Part shown: positions 25,571 to 38,646 of the stretch, one piece after another
How positions within the stretch are numbered: position 1 is the first letter of the stretch
How the letters are laid out: every line of letters begins with the position of its first letter
Assembly (NCBI GenBank): GCA_951406725.2
Contig: OX597826.1
Span: 62,558,001-62,622,000 of the forward strand
From: Octopus vulgaris
Taxonomy: Eukaryota
Direction: 5' to 3'
DNA: 64,000 bases
Program-made: the position numbers and the translations under genes
Notes under the pieces: generated by a model
What the model was told of the DNA's origin: nothing
What the model saw: only the letters and a program-made list of their open reading frames with translations
Database searches by the model: none

Positions 25571-25848
25571 GAATGTATGCATGTATGTTTAATATATTTA
25601 TATATGTATGGAAGAACGATTTATCTGTTCTATGCATAGTCGAATGCTTTACGTATTTACATACGTAAGAAATTAGTTGTGCAAGTATGCATACATGCAT
25701 GCAAGCATACATAGATATATACACACTCACATACAGATATACATACGCACACATACATACATGCATACAAACATACATATATACATACATAAATGCGTGC
25801 ATACATACATAATACATACATACATACATACATACATACATACATACA

Positions 25849-25879
<31 letters not shown>

Positions 25880-26642
25880 GTGTGTGCATTTGTGTGCTTG
25901 CGTTTCGTGTATGTGTGTTTATATCTGCTTGTATATCGTTTCATTTATGTATGTGCGAATGTAATGGAGTGAGCGAATGCGAAGATTGAAGGAATATAAT
26001 TTTAAAAAATGAGGAGGAGAAAGAGGCATGGCAACAGAATGTGAAGCAAAATTTAAGAATACATTACAGATTAATTTTTTAACTGAAAATCCCAAAGGCC
26101 TCCATAGAGGCGCCATATTTTTTTATTTGTTATGGACAATAATGTTAACGCTAGTGAGAATATTATGCACATGCGCCCATGGTATGTTATCTACCGTGCA
26201 AAGCAAGCTTCTAAAATAGCCATTAATTATAACACGTACGACATTAATCAGTTTTAGCTGTGATGGGTCATTTCTCAGATAATTCTTATTTAAACTGTTT
26301 CTCATTCCCTCTCTTTCGCTTTCTCTCTCTCTCTCCCTGTGTATTGCTCTCTATATCTCTCTCTTTCTCTCTCTTCCCTCTCTGTATACATATATGTGTG
26401 CGTGTGTGTTTGAGTCTGTATATATACATTGATATAAATAAATATATACATATATATATATATACATTGATATAAATATATATATATACACACATGTAAG
26501 CATAGGTTGAATATATAAGCATACACACACACACACACAAATATAAATATATACACACGAATATATACATATGTGTATTCACACATACACATACACTCAC
26601 ACACATATATACATATATGTGTGTGCCTGTTTGTGTAATAAA

Positions 26643-26836
26643 ATCGGAGATGTACTTGTATAGCAAGTGGTCTGACCTGAGATCGTATGCTGGAACGAAA
26701 ACAATTGTAGCGTTGAAGGTGTTTATCAGCCATTTAAAAAACACACCAAACCCGTTAGATTCACTCCAACATTTAAATTAAATTTGTCAACATAATTTCG
26801 TCGCTTTCAGACCGTGATCTGTTCACTGGCAAAATT
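26643..26836 (-). mobile_element. Penelope-like LTR family member (non-folded copy of the 7514 family)
   Basis: Aligns to 7515-7620. The minus strand carries a hammerhead-like frame TTTTGCC..GCGAC-GAAA..GACAAA. Confidence 0.55.
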
Positions 26837-27319
26837 ACTCAATACTTTTAGTTGAGATTATATTCTTTACATGATTAGTATTGGCCAACGTTTTACCCAA
26901 ATAAACCGTCATCGAGCAGACCGATGACGGGCTGACATCGTATTCAATGCGCCTACATCTACTTAGAGTTTTTCTGTGATCCGAGGGTGAAAATGAGAGA
27001 GAGAGAGAGAAAGATAAACAGAGAGAGAGAGATATAAACAGCGAGAGAGAGGGAAATAGAAAGAGAAAAGAGAGAGAAAGAGAGAGAGAGAGAAATTAAG
27101 GTATTCCCAAACTGGAAATTTGCTTCAACAAAACATCTTAACCACATTCTTGTAATTATTGTTTTCTTTCCTACATTCTCTGTCTGTCTTCGTCTTTCTT
27201 CCTCTCTCTCTCTCTCTCTCGCCTTCCTTTAACATTCATGCATACATACATGCATACATACATACATACATACATACATACATACATACATACATACATA
27301 CTTACATACATACATACAA

Positions 27320-30158
27320 ACATAAACTGCAACCCGTAGGGACAAGCCGCGTATTTGGCGTGAGAGACTATTTATCGAAAATACGATGAATAATATCTCT
27401 CGCTTTGAAAGCCCAACTATCAGTCTTGTTAAATAAATTATTAATCTTAAGATGAATTTTATGAACGATCGTAGTGATTTCGACTGAAACTTGATTTTAC
27501 CATACACAGAGTCATTACAAACAACATGGTTGGAGAAAACATGAAGAACACAACTGAAGAACACAACAAAAATAACACATCAACAGGTAAACAGATTCTC
27601 TCTATACGTAGCTTTAAAAGAAACCGTAACTACAAAACTCCCTTTATTTGGAGTTATGAAGTGAATACTGATTTATTCAACTGTTATAAAAGAGCGAAAC
27701 TAAACTCCGCTGTTGAATATATGAATCGATTGGAAACATATTGGGACGATCTGCATCCAGAACTAAATCATTTTACTGCGAAACAATTAGGCCAACAAGC
27801 AACGTTTGTGGAACATAGGAAGAAAGTTAGTGAAAGTAACTTTATTTTTTAAAAATCTGAAATTAACTTTCTCCCCAATACTATAAACGGCAACGAAAAC
27901 GTGAATGATGTGAGAACACTACGTAGTTTCGCAGTTAGCGACATGCCAACAGATTCTACTACGGCTATGGTAAATAGCAGGCACAACTGCAGCAATTGCA
28001 GTAGTAGTAATCAGGATTGTATATCCGTGAAATACGCCCTTACTGAAACTTTTCGAGAAAAATTAACTTTGGTTTTGAAGTACTCTTTCAAGGAGAGAGT
28101 ATTCTCTACCAAAGTAAGTTTTAAAAAAAAACTACCAGATACGGTATTAAAAGCTGTTAACGAAATTGGAGAGGATTATTTACAGCAATGTAATGAACCT
28201 TCATTTTGGCAGATTAACGCCTGTCCATTTGTCCTGTATACCACAGCAAAGCAGTATGTGAACGACATTCAAAAAGTGAACAAAACCGAAACAATGAAGA
28301 AATTACCATTATGGGTTTTAAAAACAAAAAAAAAATTTTGCTGATTTACGGAAGACCATCAGCCATCTTATGATGCTTATTGCGTGCAAACAAGCAAATA
28401 ACAATACTTATCACAAACAAAAAGTGAAGGAGATAGAAGTGATATTTGGAGATAGAAAAAACAAGGCATTCACCTGCAAATTGACTAGTCAAGCAGGGAC
28501 TAAAAGCTGTCAATGAGAAACTCCGACATCAGAAGAGAATAACTGAGAGAAGGACAATAAGCAAAATATTTAACCGGAATCAGGCAACAGTATATGAATA
28601 CAGAGACATGAGAGGAGGAGCAGTGAACATCACAGAAGTTCCTTCACGAGAAGTCATAGAATCCTTTTGAAGGAAAATATGGTGCAAAGAGAAGTTTAAC
28701 CAAAATATTCAATGGCTGGAAGAAATTCGAAGACGTTATTGTCCTTGAATTACACCCACGACATACGGCATTGAGGATGATACCATTCTATCTGTTATCT
28801 AGATTCATCGGGATGAAAAGCACCGGGATGGAAAGCACCAGGAAGAGATTTGATTATTTGATTCTGGTACAAGGAGCTAACTTTCTGCCCACTGTATCAT
28901 ATCAACCTGTACCAGCAAGTTCTCAATGAGCACCGTAGCGTACTATACTGGTTAGCTCTGGCAGAAACAAAACTCTTCCCTAAAGGCAAAACCACCCACA
29001 TGACAGAAAACTACCGGCCAATTGAATGCCAGAACTTAATATAAAAAAATATATACAGCATGTTTATACCTCTCCCTCCAAGACCATTGCAGAACAAGCA
29101 GCTATGAAGAACAGAGTCTGGGGATGTGCCGAGCATAGGAGAAGAAAGGCGATACATCACTTCAATGTGGGTGGACTGCAAGAAAGTCTTTGACTCTATT
29201 CCCCATTCATGGATAACGGAAGTCCTTTGACTTGCTAAAGTTCCAGTAAGCATAGTCAAAGTCATAACTGACCTCAATTCATCGTGAGCCAGCCACCTTA
29301 AAGGAGAGATTGTATCATCAGTGATAAAGTATAGTATATCGTAGAGGTATATTTGAAGGGAACATTCCCTCTGTTGTTGTTTATCCTTTCTGTAAACCCC
29401 TTGTCATTCATGTGAAGTAAATTTGAAGGCTAACTCAATGGTTCACAAGGAAGCAGAAATAACAATTTTATACAGTTTATTTGTGGATGACTTGAAGCTA
29501 TATATATATATATAGAATATGCAGAAGATGAAAAAGGGCTTTGGTATAGTTACAACGCTCAGATATATAGGCATGATGCATACATACATACCTACCTACA
29601 TACATACATACATACATAAATGCATACATACATACATACATACATTCATACATACATACATACATACATTCATACATAGATACATACATACATACATACA
29701 TACATACATACATACATACATACATACATACATACATACATACATACATACATACGTCTGGACGGACGGACGGACGGACGTACATACAATATCCAGATGA
29801 CCGACACAAATAGTTCTTCAATTTCTTGAACAACGTGTACAAATGATTTGTTTATAATAATCAAATGTGTGTGCTGTACATTAGTATACTCCTTTCATCA
29901 AATCGATGTTGTCAGCACAGGTGTACTTCCTACCACATATCAGGTGTCGAGGTGATTCCGGAACGACGTAAAAGAAGTTGATTTGTAGAACATATCGCAC
30001 CATCCGATCCAGAATTTCAAAGCAAGATCTCACCCTTCTACTAGATCATGTTCCATCCCACCCACATCTATCCCTCCATCCATCCATCTATCCATCCATT
30101 CATCCATCCATCCATCCATCCATCCATCCATCCATTCATTCATACATACATACATACA

Positions 30159-30194
<36 letters not shown>

Positions 30195-30450
30195 TATTCC
30201 AAATCACAGAATCTGTAGGCAACCAGATTCAGGCAAATAATGACATGCATTGTAATAGAACCGAGTGAAATGGAGTTTATCGAGCGAGGTATCTTTTGAA
30301 AAGTTACCTGACGTGTCACATCTGCACCCAAGAATGCATCACAACCAGTTGTACAGTATTCCATCCGCGATGGATTGATGCAAGATGGGTCGAAACGATC
30401 GTTGTGATTAATAAAGAAACTCGTGAATTCTATTGTTTGTTGCACTCGTT
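27320..30450 (+). mobile_element. Degenerate R4/Dong-clade non-LTR retrotransposon
   Basis: N-terminus WSYEVNTDLFNCY..YMNRLETYWDDLHP..T.KQL.QQA. RT motifs KAPGRD, NYRPI.CQN, WVDCKKVFDSIPHSWI, RRGI(F), LFVDDLKLY (~29480-29500). Many stops. Starts directly after (TACA)n. Confidence 0.85.
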
Positions 30451-30539
30451 TGTTACATACATATACGCACACATACATATATATACTTATATACGTACAT
30501 ACACACATACATACGTAGCTACATACATACGTACATAGT

Positions 30540-31245
30540 ACCAGGGTGGATAGAATCTTGGACCTCTATTTCAGAACGGATTCTAGGAAAACTCAGATTC
30601 TATTAAGTCAGTATTCAAATCCTATAATTGATATAACTTGCACAAATCCCATAATTGATATAAGTTGGAGATATATTTCATTCATCATGAGAATGCATAG
30701 TTAAAAGCTATTTATACAACAAATTTATTGAAAATCGATTGAGTGATTTATGGGCTACCAATCGCATTACCGTGCTTAGTACAGTTGTTGAACTCATGAG
30801 CATAAAATTGTGCTTACGATTCCTTGACTGGTAGGTGTCTTGTTTTTGAGCAAATGTGCGCGCAAATGTGCGCGCAAATGTGCATTATGTGCGCGCATAT
30901 AAATTCATTTTTGTTTTCTTCAGTATTACCATTATGGAACTTTATAATCCAGTGAAATTAAGAAATGAACTTGTAAGTAATGGAAACCCTCGAATCCATC
31001 ACCACACACACGCACACACACACTCATACACACATACTGACGCATATCTATGCATGTATTTATGTATGTTTGAAGATCATTAAACCAAATTTTCATCATT
31101 TCGAGCCACTCACCCAATGAGTACTTCTACCAAAATTTGGTGAAAATCCGTTCAGCCGTTTTACACTGCTTTTGCAAACACACAGACAGACAATGGTGAG
31201 TGATTAAAATACTCTGCTTTCGCTTACTCACGGAGGGTAAAAAGT
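30540..31245. mobile_element. Helentron/HINE-like non-autonomous element
   Basis: AAAATTTGGTGAAAATCCGTTCAG...ACAGACAGAC then a terminal hairpin ATACTCTG..CGGAGGGTA followed by AAAA. Internal tandem repeats (GCAAATGTGCGC)x2-3 and (ATAATTGATATAA)x2. Confidence 0.45.
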
Positions 31246-31664
31246 CGAAAATAAACATTGAATTATTTACTATGTTACAGCACATCTTTTAATCATATTT
31301 TCAATTCCTTAACTTTGACACCAACATGGCCACAGTCACATGACTGAAACAAGTAAAAGAGTAAAAAGTAAAATCACGGTGATCTTTATCAAATTGGTTA
31401 AAAACAAGACCGATATAATAATTAATAATTCACAACGACCTCGAACCCACAAGAGTAAACAAGAGAGACAGAGACAGGCAGAAACAGGGAAAATACCCCT
31501 TGTATTTGAATACTATGCAAATATTCTCTTTAAAAGAGAAACTTTTCTTTTAATTTTTCCCAAACTTAAATTGGTTTTCATTCTTACAGTTGAAAAAGTC
31601 TCAGTGACTGAAACCGGTATTCAAATGTTTTTTTTTATAAAATTATTTTAGCATTGTCTACCTT

Positions 31665-31834
31665 GTAGGATTGGCTGTGTGGTAAGTAGCCTGCTTACCA
31701 ACCACAAGGTTCCGGGTTCAGTCCCACTGCGTGGCACCTTGGGCACGTGTCTTCTACTATAGCCTTGGGCTGACCAAAGCCTTGTGAGTGGATTTGGTAG
31801 ACGGAAACTGAAAGAAGTCCGCCATATATATATA

Positions 31835-31868
<34 letters not shown>

Positions 31869-32107
31869 TGTGTGCGCGTGTGTGTGTGTGTAGTTTTGTG
31901 TCTGTGTCGTGTCTGTCTCCTAAAAATCGCTTGACAACCGATGCTGGTGTGTTTACGTTCCCGTAACTTAGCTGTTCGGCAAAAAACACCAATAGAATAA
32001 GTGCTAGGCTTACAAAGAATAATTCCTAGGGTCGATTTGCTCGACTATATGTGGTGCTCCAACATGGCCACAGTCACATGACTGAAACAAGTAAAAGAGT
32101 AAAAAGT
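31665..32107 (+). mobile_element. tRNA-derived SINE family B (CORE-like), full length
   Basis: A-box TGGCTGTGTGGT, B-box GGTTCAGTCCC, CORE-like ACCTTGGGCA.GTGTCTT, internal (TA)/(TG)n, tail GAAACAAGTAAAAGAGTAAAA. Confidence 0.9.
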
Positions 32108-32121
32108 ATATATATATATGC

Positions 32122-32154
<33 letters not shown>

Positions 32155-32212
32155 CACACACACATATATATACGACTGTGTGTATGTATACACACGTATA
32201 TACATATATACG

Positions 32213-32251
<39 letters not shown>

Positions 32252-33367
32252 AAGGTTATATTTTAAAAGGTTAAAGAATATATATTTAAGTCAATATGTC
32301 TGAAGAATATTATAAATTTTTTTTTCTTACAATGACATAGTTTAGAAGTTTTTACTGTATCGCTTGAGAACTGGTGTTGGCTTGTTCACGTCACCGTAAA
32401 ACTAGCTGTTCAATAAAAGAGACCGATAGATAAAGGAACAGACATAAGTAAGTACAGGAGCCGATTTGTGCCACTAGAAACCTTCAAGACATTTACCCAA
32501 TTATTAAAACAAGTAAAATATAAATGATAGGAGGGTATCAACTATAAATCAGGTCTGTGGAGTTTCATTCCTGCCTAGGCTATTGATTACTGAAGTAGAA
32601 CTATTGAGCCAGTGATATATTTAATATTAAATACTGGACTGATTACATTCTACAAACATCGAACCCACCAGATTTCGTTGCATTACTAATTCATTGCCAA
32701 AGAGTTTTTTTTCTCTTTTCTTCATCGACTTACTCGCGTAAAAATGTGTTTCTTTCACAATCTTTGTTGTCAGCACTGTGTCAATTCTGTCGCTAGTTCT
32801 TTTCATTTATATGTGTTTTACATAGAAAAATCAATTTCGTGGTAAGGTAAACAAGTTAATTTATTCATGTCTCTGAGATAATGATCTTGAAGTCGTTACC
32901 CTCAAACAATTCTGATGCTATGAAACCATACGATGAAAAAAATAAAGCAATTATTGAAATCAATTAATACTAAATTACAGAAACTAAATCATTTCTGGAA
33001 TAATATTTCACATTTTATGATAATATAATAGTGTCAGGCTGGAAACTCTGACTTTGATTATATAATAGATCTTATTTCCTTTATTTTGTTAATTATCGTT
33101 CTCGATATAATGGTTGCCGAACTAATGTAGGATCCTCTACGCAACTGTTCCATCTGCTAAAGCTACCAATCAAACACCACTCTCCAAACATGAATAGAAA
33201 GATCACGTTGAACAGTTTTGCGTTAGATATATATTACTGCGGAATGACAAAAATCTGGATGGTACTTGTTTATTGGTATGTTCAACCAGGGCTGAACTAG
33301 AGCTAAACTACTACCGCTAACACACGATGCCCACCACCTCCCACTGCTACTGCTACTACTTGTTGTT

Positions 33368-33451
<84 letters not shown>

Positions 33452-34200
33452 CAATTTTCCCTATCCTTGCACTTGGAAGAATGTATATGCTGCGTTCTGA
33501 TATCGCACTGACCGTCATGCCGGTGTAGTGCCCTGTAATGTCATCGGATGGTGTGGGGGGTTTCTCCATCAACCATGACCCTAGAAAGGCAGAACCACCC
33601 AGTAGGCAACTGGCAGGAATCCGGAAGTTGCAGGTTGGAGAAACATTAGAGGTTGTGTAGTAGCAGGAGTAACTGACCTTTACATTGCGAGAATTGAAAA
33701 TATTATAATACTTATGAGTTCAAGGGAAGTACTTGGCGCCACTCTTTCCTTTGCCCACTCACTACTGTGTGAGTGTGTGTGTATGTGTGTGTATGTGTGC
33801 AGTATATTGGTCTTGTGTATGTGTATTCATATTTAAATGTAAGTTTGAACGCATGAAAATGTATGAATATGAGTGTATATATGAGTTTGTGCATGTATTT
33901 ATATACTCACGTATTTAGACGTGCGCGTACATCTTCACCGGCACTCATTTATGCATGCATATGTATATACATATATTTAAAGTGTCCTTACTTGCTTATT
34001 CATTTATTGAACGTTGTAACGAGAAATCCATTTGAAAAATATGCATTGTCTACGTGTCAATCTAATTGTTTCACTATTTGTTCTAGAACAATCCACTGAA
34101 ATACCATTATTGCCGGTATATCGTTATATGAATGTAAAAGCCCTTGACTTGAAACCAGTTTGATAAACGGCAATTCACCAAACTCTCAGCCGCTGTTGAC

Positions 34201-34304
34201 ATCTTAACAATTTTTGAAGCCGACCTCATGGAGGAATGGTGTCCGTCTAAAATGGAGGCAAACACCATTTCTCCATGTGATCGGCTTGAAAACTTGTTAA
34301 TGAT
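34201..34304. other. Isolated ~104-nt imperfect hairpin
   Basis: 34201-34248 pairs with 34256-34304 around a 7-nt loop AAAATGG. Confidence 0.7.
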
Positions 34305-34393
34305 ACAAAGGTATTTTCTTGACATGAAACTAATGGTAGCTTTTATACCTACAAAAACGTATATCAATACACACACACACACACACACACACA

Positions 34394-34445
<52 letters not shown>

Positions 34446-36367
34446 GTGTGTGTTTGTGTGTCTGATTCTTTGTGTGTGAGAGAGAGACATATAATGATCT
34501 CACGACTAAATACCAGTGGAATTTTATAAATTGGTTACGTAAGTAGAAGACCTCATACGTGTAAGTAAGTGAAAGTTATGAAATAAATTCGGAACTGAAT
34601 TAATACGTATTTTATCACTCTCTGCACGAATGAATTTTCAGTTGGTCTTGACCGGATTCGAAATCCGTTCGTAAAGAGATGTAATCCAATGGGACAATCG
34701 TAGATGATCGTTGAAACAGAACCTCGGAAAATATATAACGAATCTTCTAAAAGAGAAGAGGTATGTATTTTTGGAGGTTTACTTACCAGAAATTTGATTT
34801 GATCTGAGAACGCGTGGTAAAACTAAATCGATGGCAGTCTGGAAGACACGTGTTAGCTATTCAAAACGCCGAGAATGTTAACTTCACTTCAACGCTTATT
34901 ACATATATACAGTTACTCATGGAAATAGAGAAATTCTACTTATGGAAAGCGATCGGTCGAAGTTCCATTTATCAGGACTATAAAACTATTAAATTCCTTT
35001 TAATAAAATCCACAATGTCTGTTTATACGTTTTGTAGATATTTTCCCTTTTTTACAGTATGATAATATTTCCTTCAATATAGCTGTATCTCTGAGCATGC
35101 ATAACAAATCGCTAACTACACGTGTCTGTATATGATACAGAGAGGGAGGGTATTTGTGTGGATGCGCGGGTGCTACAGGGCAATATTTGCATATCTTTAT
35201 AGATGCAATACAATGGATGCATTAGGAGTGCCAAGAATACGGATGTGAGGTCACATAAATGCGAGAACTGCCTACTGGTTACTTCGTTGATGCAACGGAA
35301 AATCGAAATATGTGTTCTTAAAATATTTTATGATGTTTTCCCCAAGATACTTTCCTTTTCTTGAACTATAGAATATTTGTAAGAATATTTATACAAAATA
35401 TTATATTATTGCAAAACAAACAAATATATGTTAGCTGAGAAATATTCAAAAAAAAATATCATCCTTGTGTGTGTTTTGATTATTTCGTAAATTACATTTC
35501 TTTGGGAAATTTTCTCTGTATTGGATTAGGAAATTGCCCTCAGATATTTTTCTCCACAGCCTATTTATAGACAATTTAGGCTTTTCCTGATCATAGTTGA
35601 TGTTATTTACATCATTTTCATATGCCAATGGAATCCTTAAAGAATAGAGCGTGTAGCACGCTGCTTTACCATTTAAATTTAAATTTTCTAAATATCAACA
35701 GTGTCTTTAATCTTTCCAGAGTCGACAAAAAGGGCAAAAGGCAAGCTTTGTGAGAGATGATAGCGACTTAAACCTCCCTTCTTAACTACTTGCTACATAC
35801 CTTGTTCACAATCCATTATCATCGTATAACCAGATTTTGTGCCAGGACAAGACGCTTTTGTGCCAACATAAGAATGATATTAATGATATTAAGTTAGATT
35901 TCTATCATTAACCTAACTTAATTTGAAACATGGAGCATAGAATCACACTGACCTTTCCCAGTGAAACTCGTATCTAACGCAACAACAGAAATTGGCCCGT
36001 AGGTAAAATTTGAAGGCATTATTATTATTAGTATTATTGAAGGCAGCGAGCTATCAGATTCGTTTGCACGCCGGGCAAAATGTTTAGCGGTATTTTGTCC
36101 ATCTTTACATTTTGCGTTCAAATTCCGACGAGGTCGACTTTGCCTTTGATCCTTGTTGTATACAGAGACTGGCTGCTTGTTTCTCTGGGGGTGGTAAAAG
36201 AGGTAATGGGTGACGAAAAATGCAGACAAATATGAATAACACTGAACATTCAGTTTTCCATTCTACGGAGAAATAACTAAATATATATATATATATATAT
36301 ACATACATAGTCATGGTATACATTATTTACATTCGACGGATATTTGTCCTCATCTTGTTTGTCGTTA

Positions 36368-36411
36368 ACACAACCTTTCGGCTGATATACCCTCCAGCCT
36401 TCTTCATGTGT
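36368..36411 (-). ncRNA. Minimal hammerhead motif in the 3' pLTR of a Penelope-like element (degenerate)
   Basis: Minus strand: ACAC-ATGAAGA-A-GGCTG(gagggtatat)CAGCC-GAAA-G-GTT-GTGT. Confidence 0.6.
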
Positions 36412-36655
36412 CTTGGGGAAATTTCGAACCTGGGTACTCATTCCTAAGGTATTTTTCGATGTTATTTTTATTGTTGTTGTTGTTGTCGTCGTCGTCGTCG
36501 CTGTTGTTGTTGTTGTTGTTGCTGTTGTTGTCGTGGTTGTTGTTCAGGCTACTGCTTGGAAACGAACTCGGAATATTGTTGTTAGTACGCCATATGCCCG
36601 TGAATTTTAGGTATTATAAATCTAATATTTTTCTATCCTTTCTTAATACCGGTTC

Positions 36656-36970
36656 TCATATGCTGCTCATATCTGCACTCGGACTGCTTAGGAGGTATTT
36701 GTGTCCTAGCATATGTGCTGCTTCTTTTAGTTTTCGTATTTTCCAGTGATGTTCTCTGTTTTTTTTTTTTATCTTAACTTCATCCCACAAGGGCAAGTGG
36801 TCTCCATTTTCCCATACAGGATCAGCTATAATCGATTTATCAATATCTCCTCGTGTCACAGCTTTGCGATGTTCGTCTACCCTTATTTTGAGGAAGCGGC
36901 ATGTTTCGCCTTTGTATAACATACCACAGCTGCATGTGATGGAGTACACGCAGTTCATGGTCATATTCTC
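36656..36970 (-). pseudogene. GIY-YIG endonuclease domain of a Penelope-like element (5'-truncated)
   Basis: CVYSITCSCGMLYKGETCRFLKIRVDEH..S.IA...W.NGDH...WDEVKI...RKLKEA: GIY/YIG boxes, CxC insert and catalytic R and E. Confidence 0.88.
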
Positions 36971-37186
36971 TTCTATTGGGATTGGTAAATTAAGTACCAA
37001 TGAAACACATGGGTGGCTGTAATCGACCCATCAACTCCCCCAAAATTGCTGCCCATCAGGTAAAATTTGCAGACGGATAGACAGTTAGACAGACAGACAG
37101 TCAAATAGATAGATAGACAGACAGACATTCTGACAGATAGGCAGGCAGGTAGCCAGCTAACTAGGTAGCTATGTTAGTAGATAGAC

Positions 37187-37277
<91 letters not shown>

Positions 37278-37282
37278 CAGAC

Positions 37283-37337
<55 letters not shown>

Positions 37338-37381
37338 AAGATAGATAGATAGATAGATAAGATAGATAGATAGATAGATAG

Positions 37382-37427
<46 letters not shown>

Positions 37428-38604
37428 TGTTTCTTTATTAGCCACACAGGGCTGCACACAGATAGAACAAATTACAAGGTAGAGCTTTTCTTTTGAAGGT
37501 TTAAGAAAGAAAGGGGGAGTTTCGATCAAAAGGGATCGTAAAAGGAGAGAAAGAGGACAAAAAAAAGGGGGGTTTAAAAAAAAGGGGGGAGGAAAAAATT
37601 GATCAATAGGGATCGTTATCACAGAAATGTCAATATGAAGTGTAAAGGGGAGGACAGGTGAGGTTTACCCGTGCAAAGAAAAGCCTACGGAAAAGACCAC
37701 GGTAACCTCGGTCAATGATGTCACATTTTATATTTCTTTTTTTTTTTTTTGCAAATAAGCAACTCTCTGTTTTCGATTTCAGGGTTCATAGGACTATGCT
37801 CAAGGTGGCTTCGTCATTCATACGTGCCATTCTTGCTACATTCACCCATCTTTTTTTAAAACATTCGCTAGACAAAACTTGCCTCTCTACTCTCACTTTC
37901 CTTTTCAAGTGGTACTTGAAGAAGTTGATGAGAGATTGACCAGAGAGGAAAGTGTTTGTCTCCAATCCTTTCAGACGCGTCCACCAGATACATTCTTTCG
38001 CCATAGCCACAAGGATGATGAAAATAGCTCTTCCTTCCCGTTTGAAGGAAGGAGGCGTGACAATATTGACGATAGACTCAGCTGATAAACCGACTCGTCC
38101 CACACGTGACAGCAGTTGTTCGACATAAGCCCACAGGTCGGAAATTGTTGGACACTGAACGAGTGCGTGCAGAACGGTTTCGTCGCTCTGACCGCATCTC
38201 GGGCAGGTCGGCCCCGTGTTTCTCGAGCCGTGTCTGTAGAGCTTATCCCGAACGGGTAGCGCTTCTCGGTAGCACTGCCAGGCCAGGGATCTCTGGAAGT
38301 TGTCCATGGGCCCTGGCCCGAAAGTCGTCCTGAACAGGCGGGTCAGGTACTCCTCGTCGACGCCCAGGTTTGCCCCGAGCTCGTCGTCGTACCTCCCCTC
38401 CACTAAACCCCTATAGAATGCTTTGGTTGTGTTGAAGTCACTTAAGGTCGACCCAGGACGGCAGAGTTGCTTGAGAGCAACGCGACACTCGCGGTGCCAT
38501 TCGCCCTTCCTCGGCCTCTTTTTGATCCACGACTGCAGTTCGGTCATGGAGACGAGCTGCGGGAAAGCGTGCCTCACAAACGGCGACCACACCTGTTCAC
38601 CGTC
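37428..38604 (-). mobile_element. 5'-truncated Tx1/L1-clade LINE (zf-RVT C-terminus plus 3'UTR) inside (TATC)n
   Basis: Open frame 38604-37786 reads ..LAWQCYREALPVRDKL..CPRCGQSDETVLHALVQC..AKECIWWTR..F.KRW. The 3'UTR ends AATAAAGAAACA then (TATC)n, and the 5' junction also lies in (TATC)n. Confidence 0.9.

Positions 38605-38646
<42 letters not shown>

Larger units (their letters stand above)
36042..37070 (+). mobile_element. SINE family A copy split (36042-36154 and ~36977-37070) by a Penelope-like insertion
   Basis: The SINE breaks at TGCCTTTGATCCTT and resumes at GGGG..GGTAAATTAAGTACC. Confidence 0.7.

Noticed and set aside
26906-26930. Short perfect hairpin CCGTCATCG/CGATGACGG (also 44364-44388)
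   Set aside because: 8-9 bp stems are expected occasionally in 64 kb, and there is no supporting context.
33450-33690. GC-richer block after (TAG)n, possibly a LINE 5'UTR or exon
   Set aside because: No motif, paralogue or structure that I could verify.
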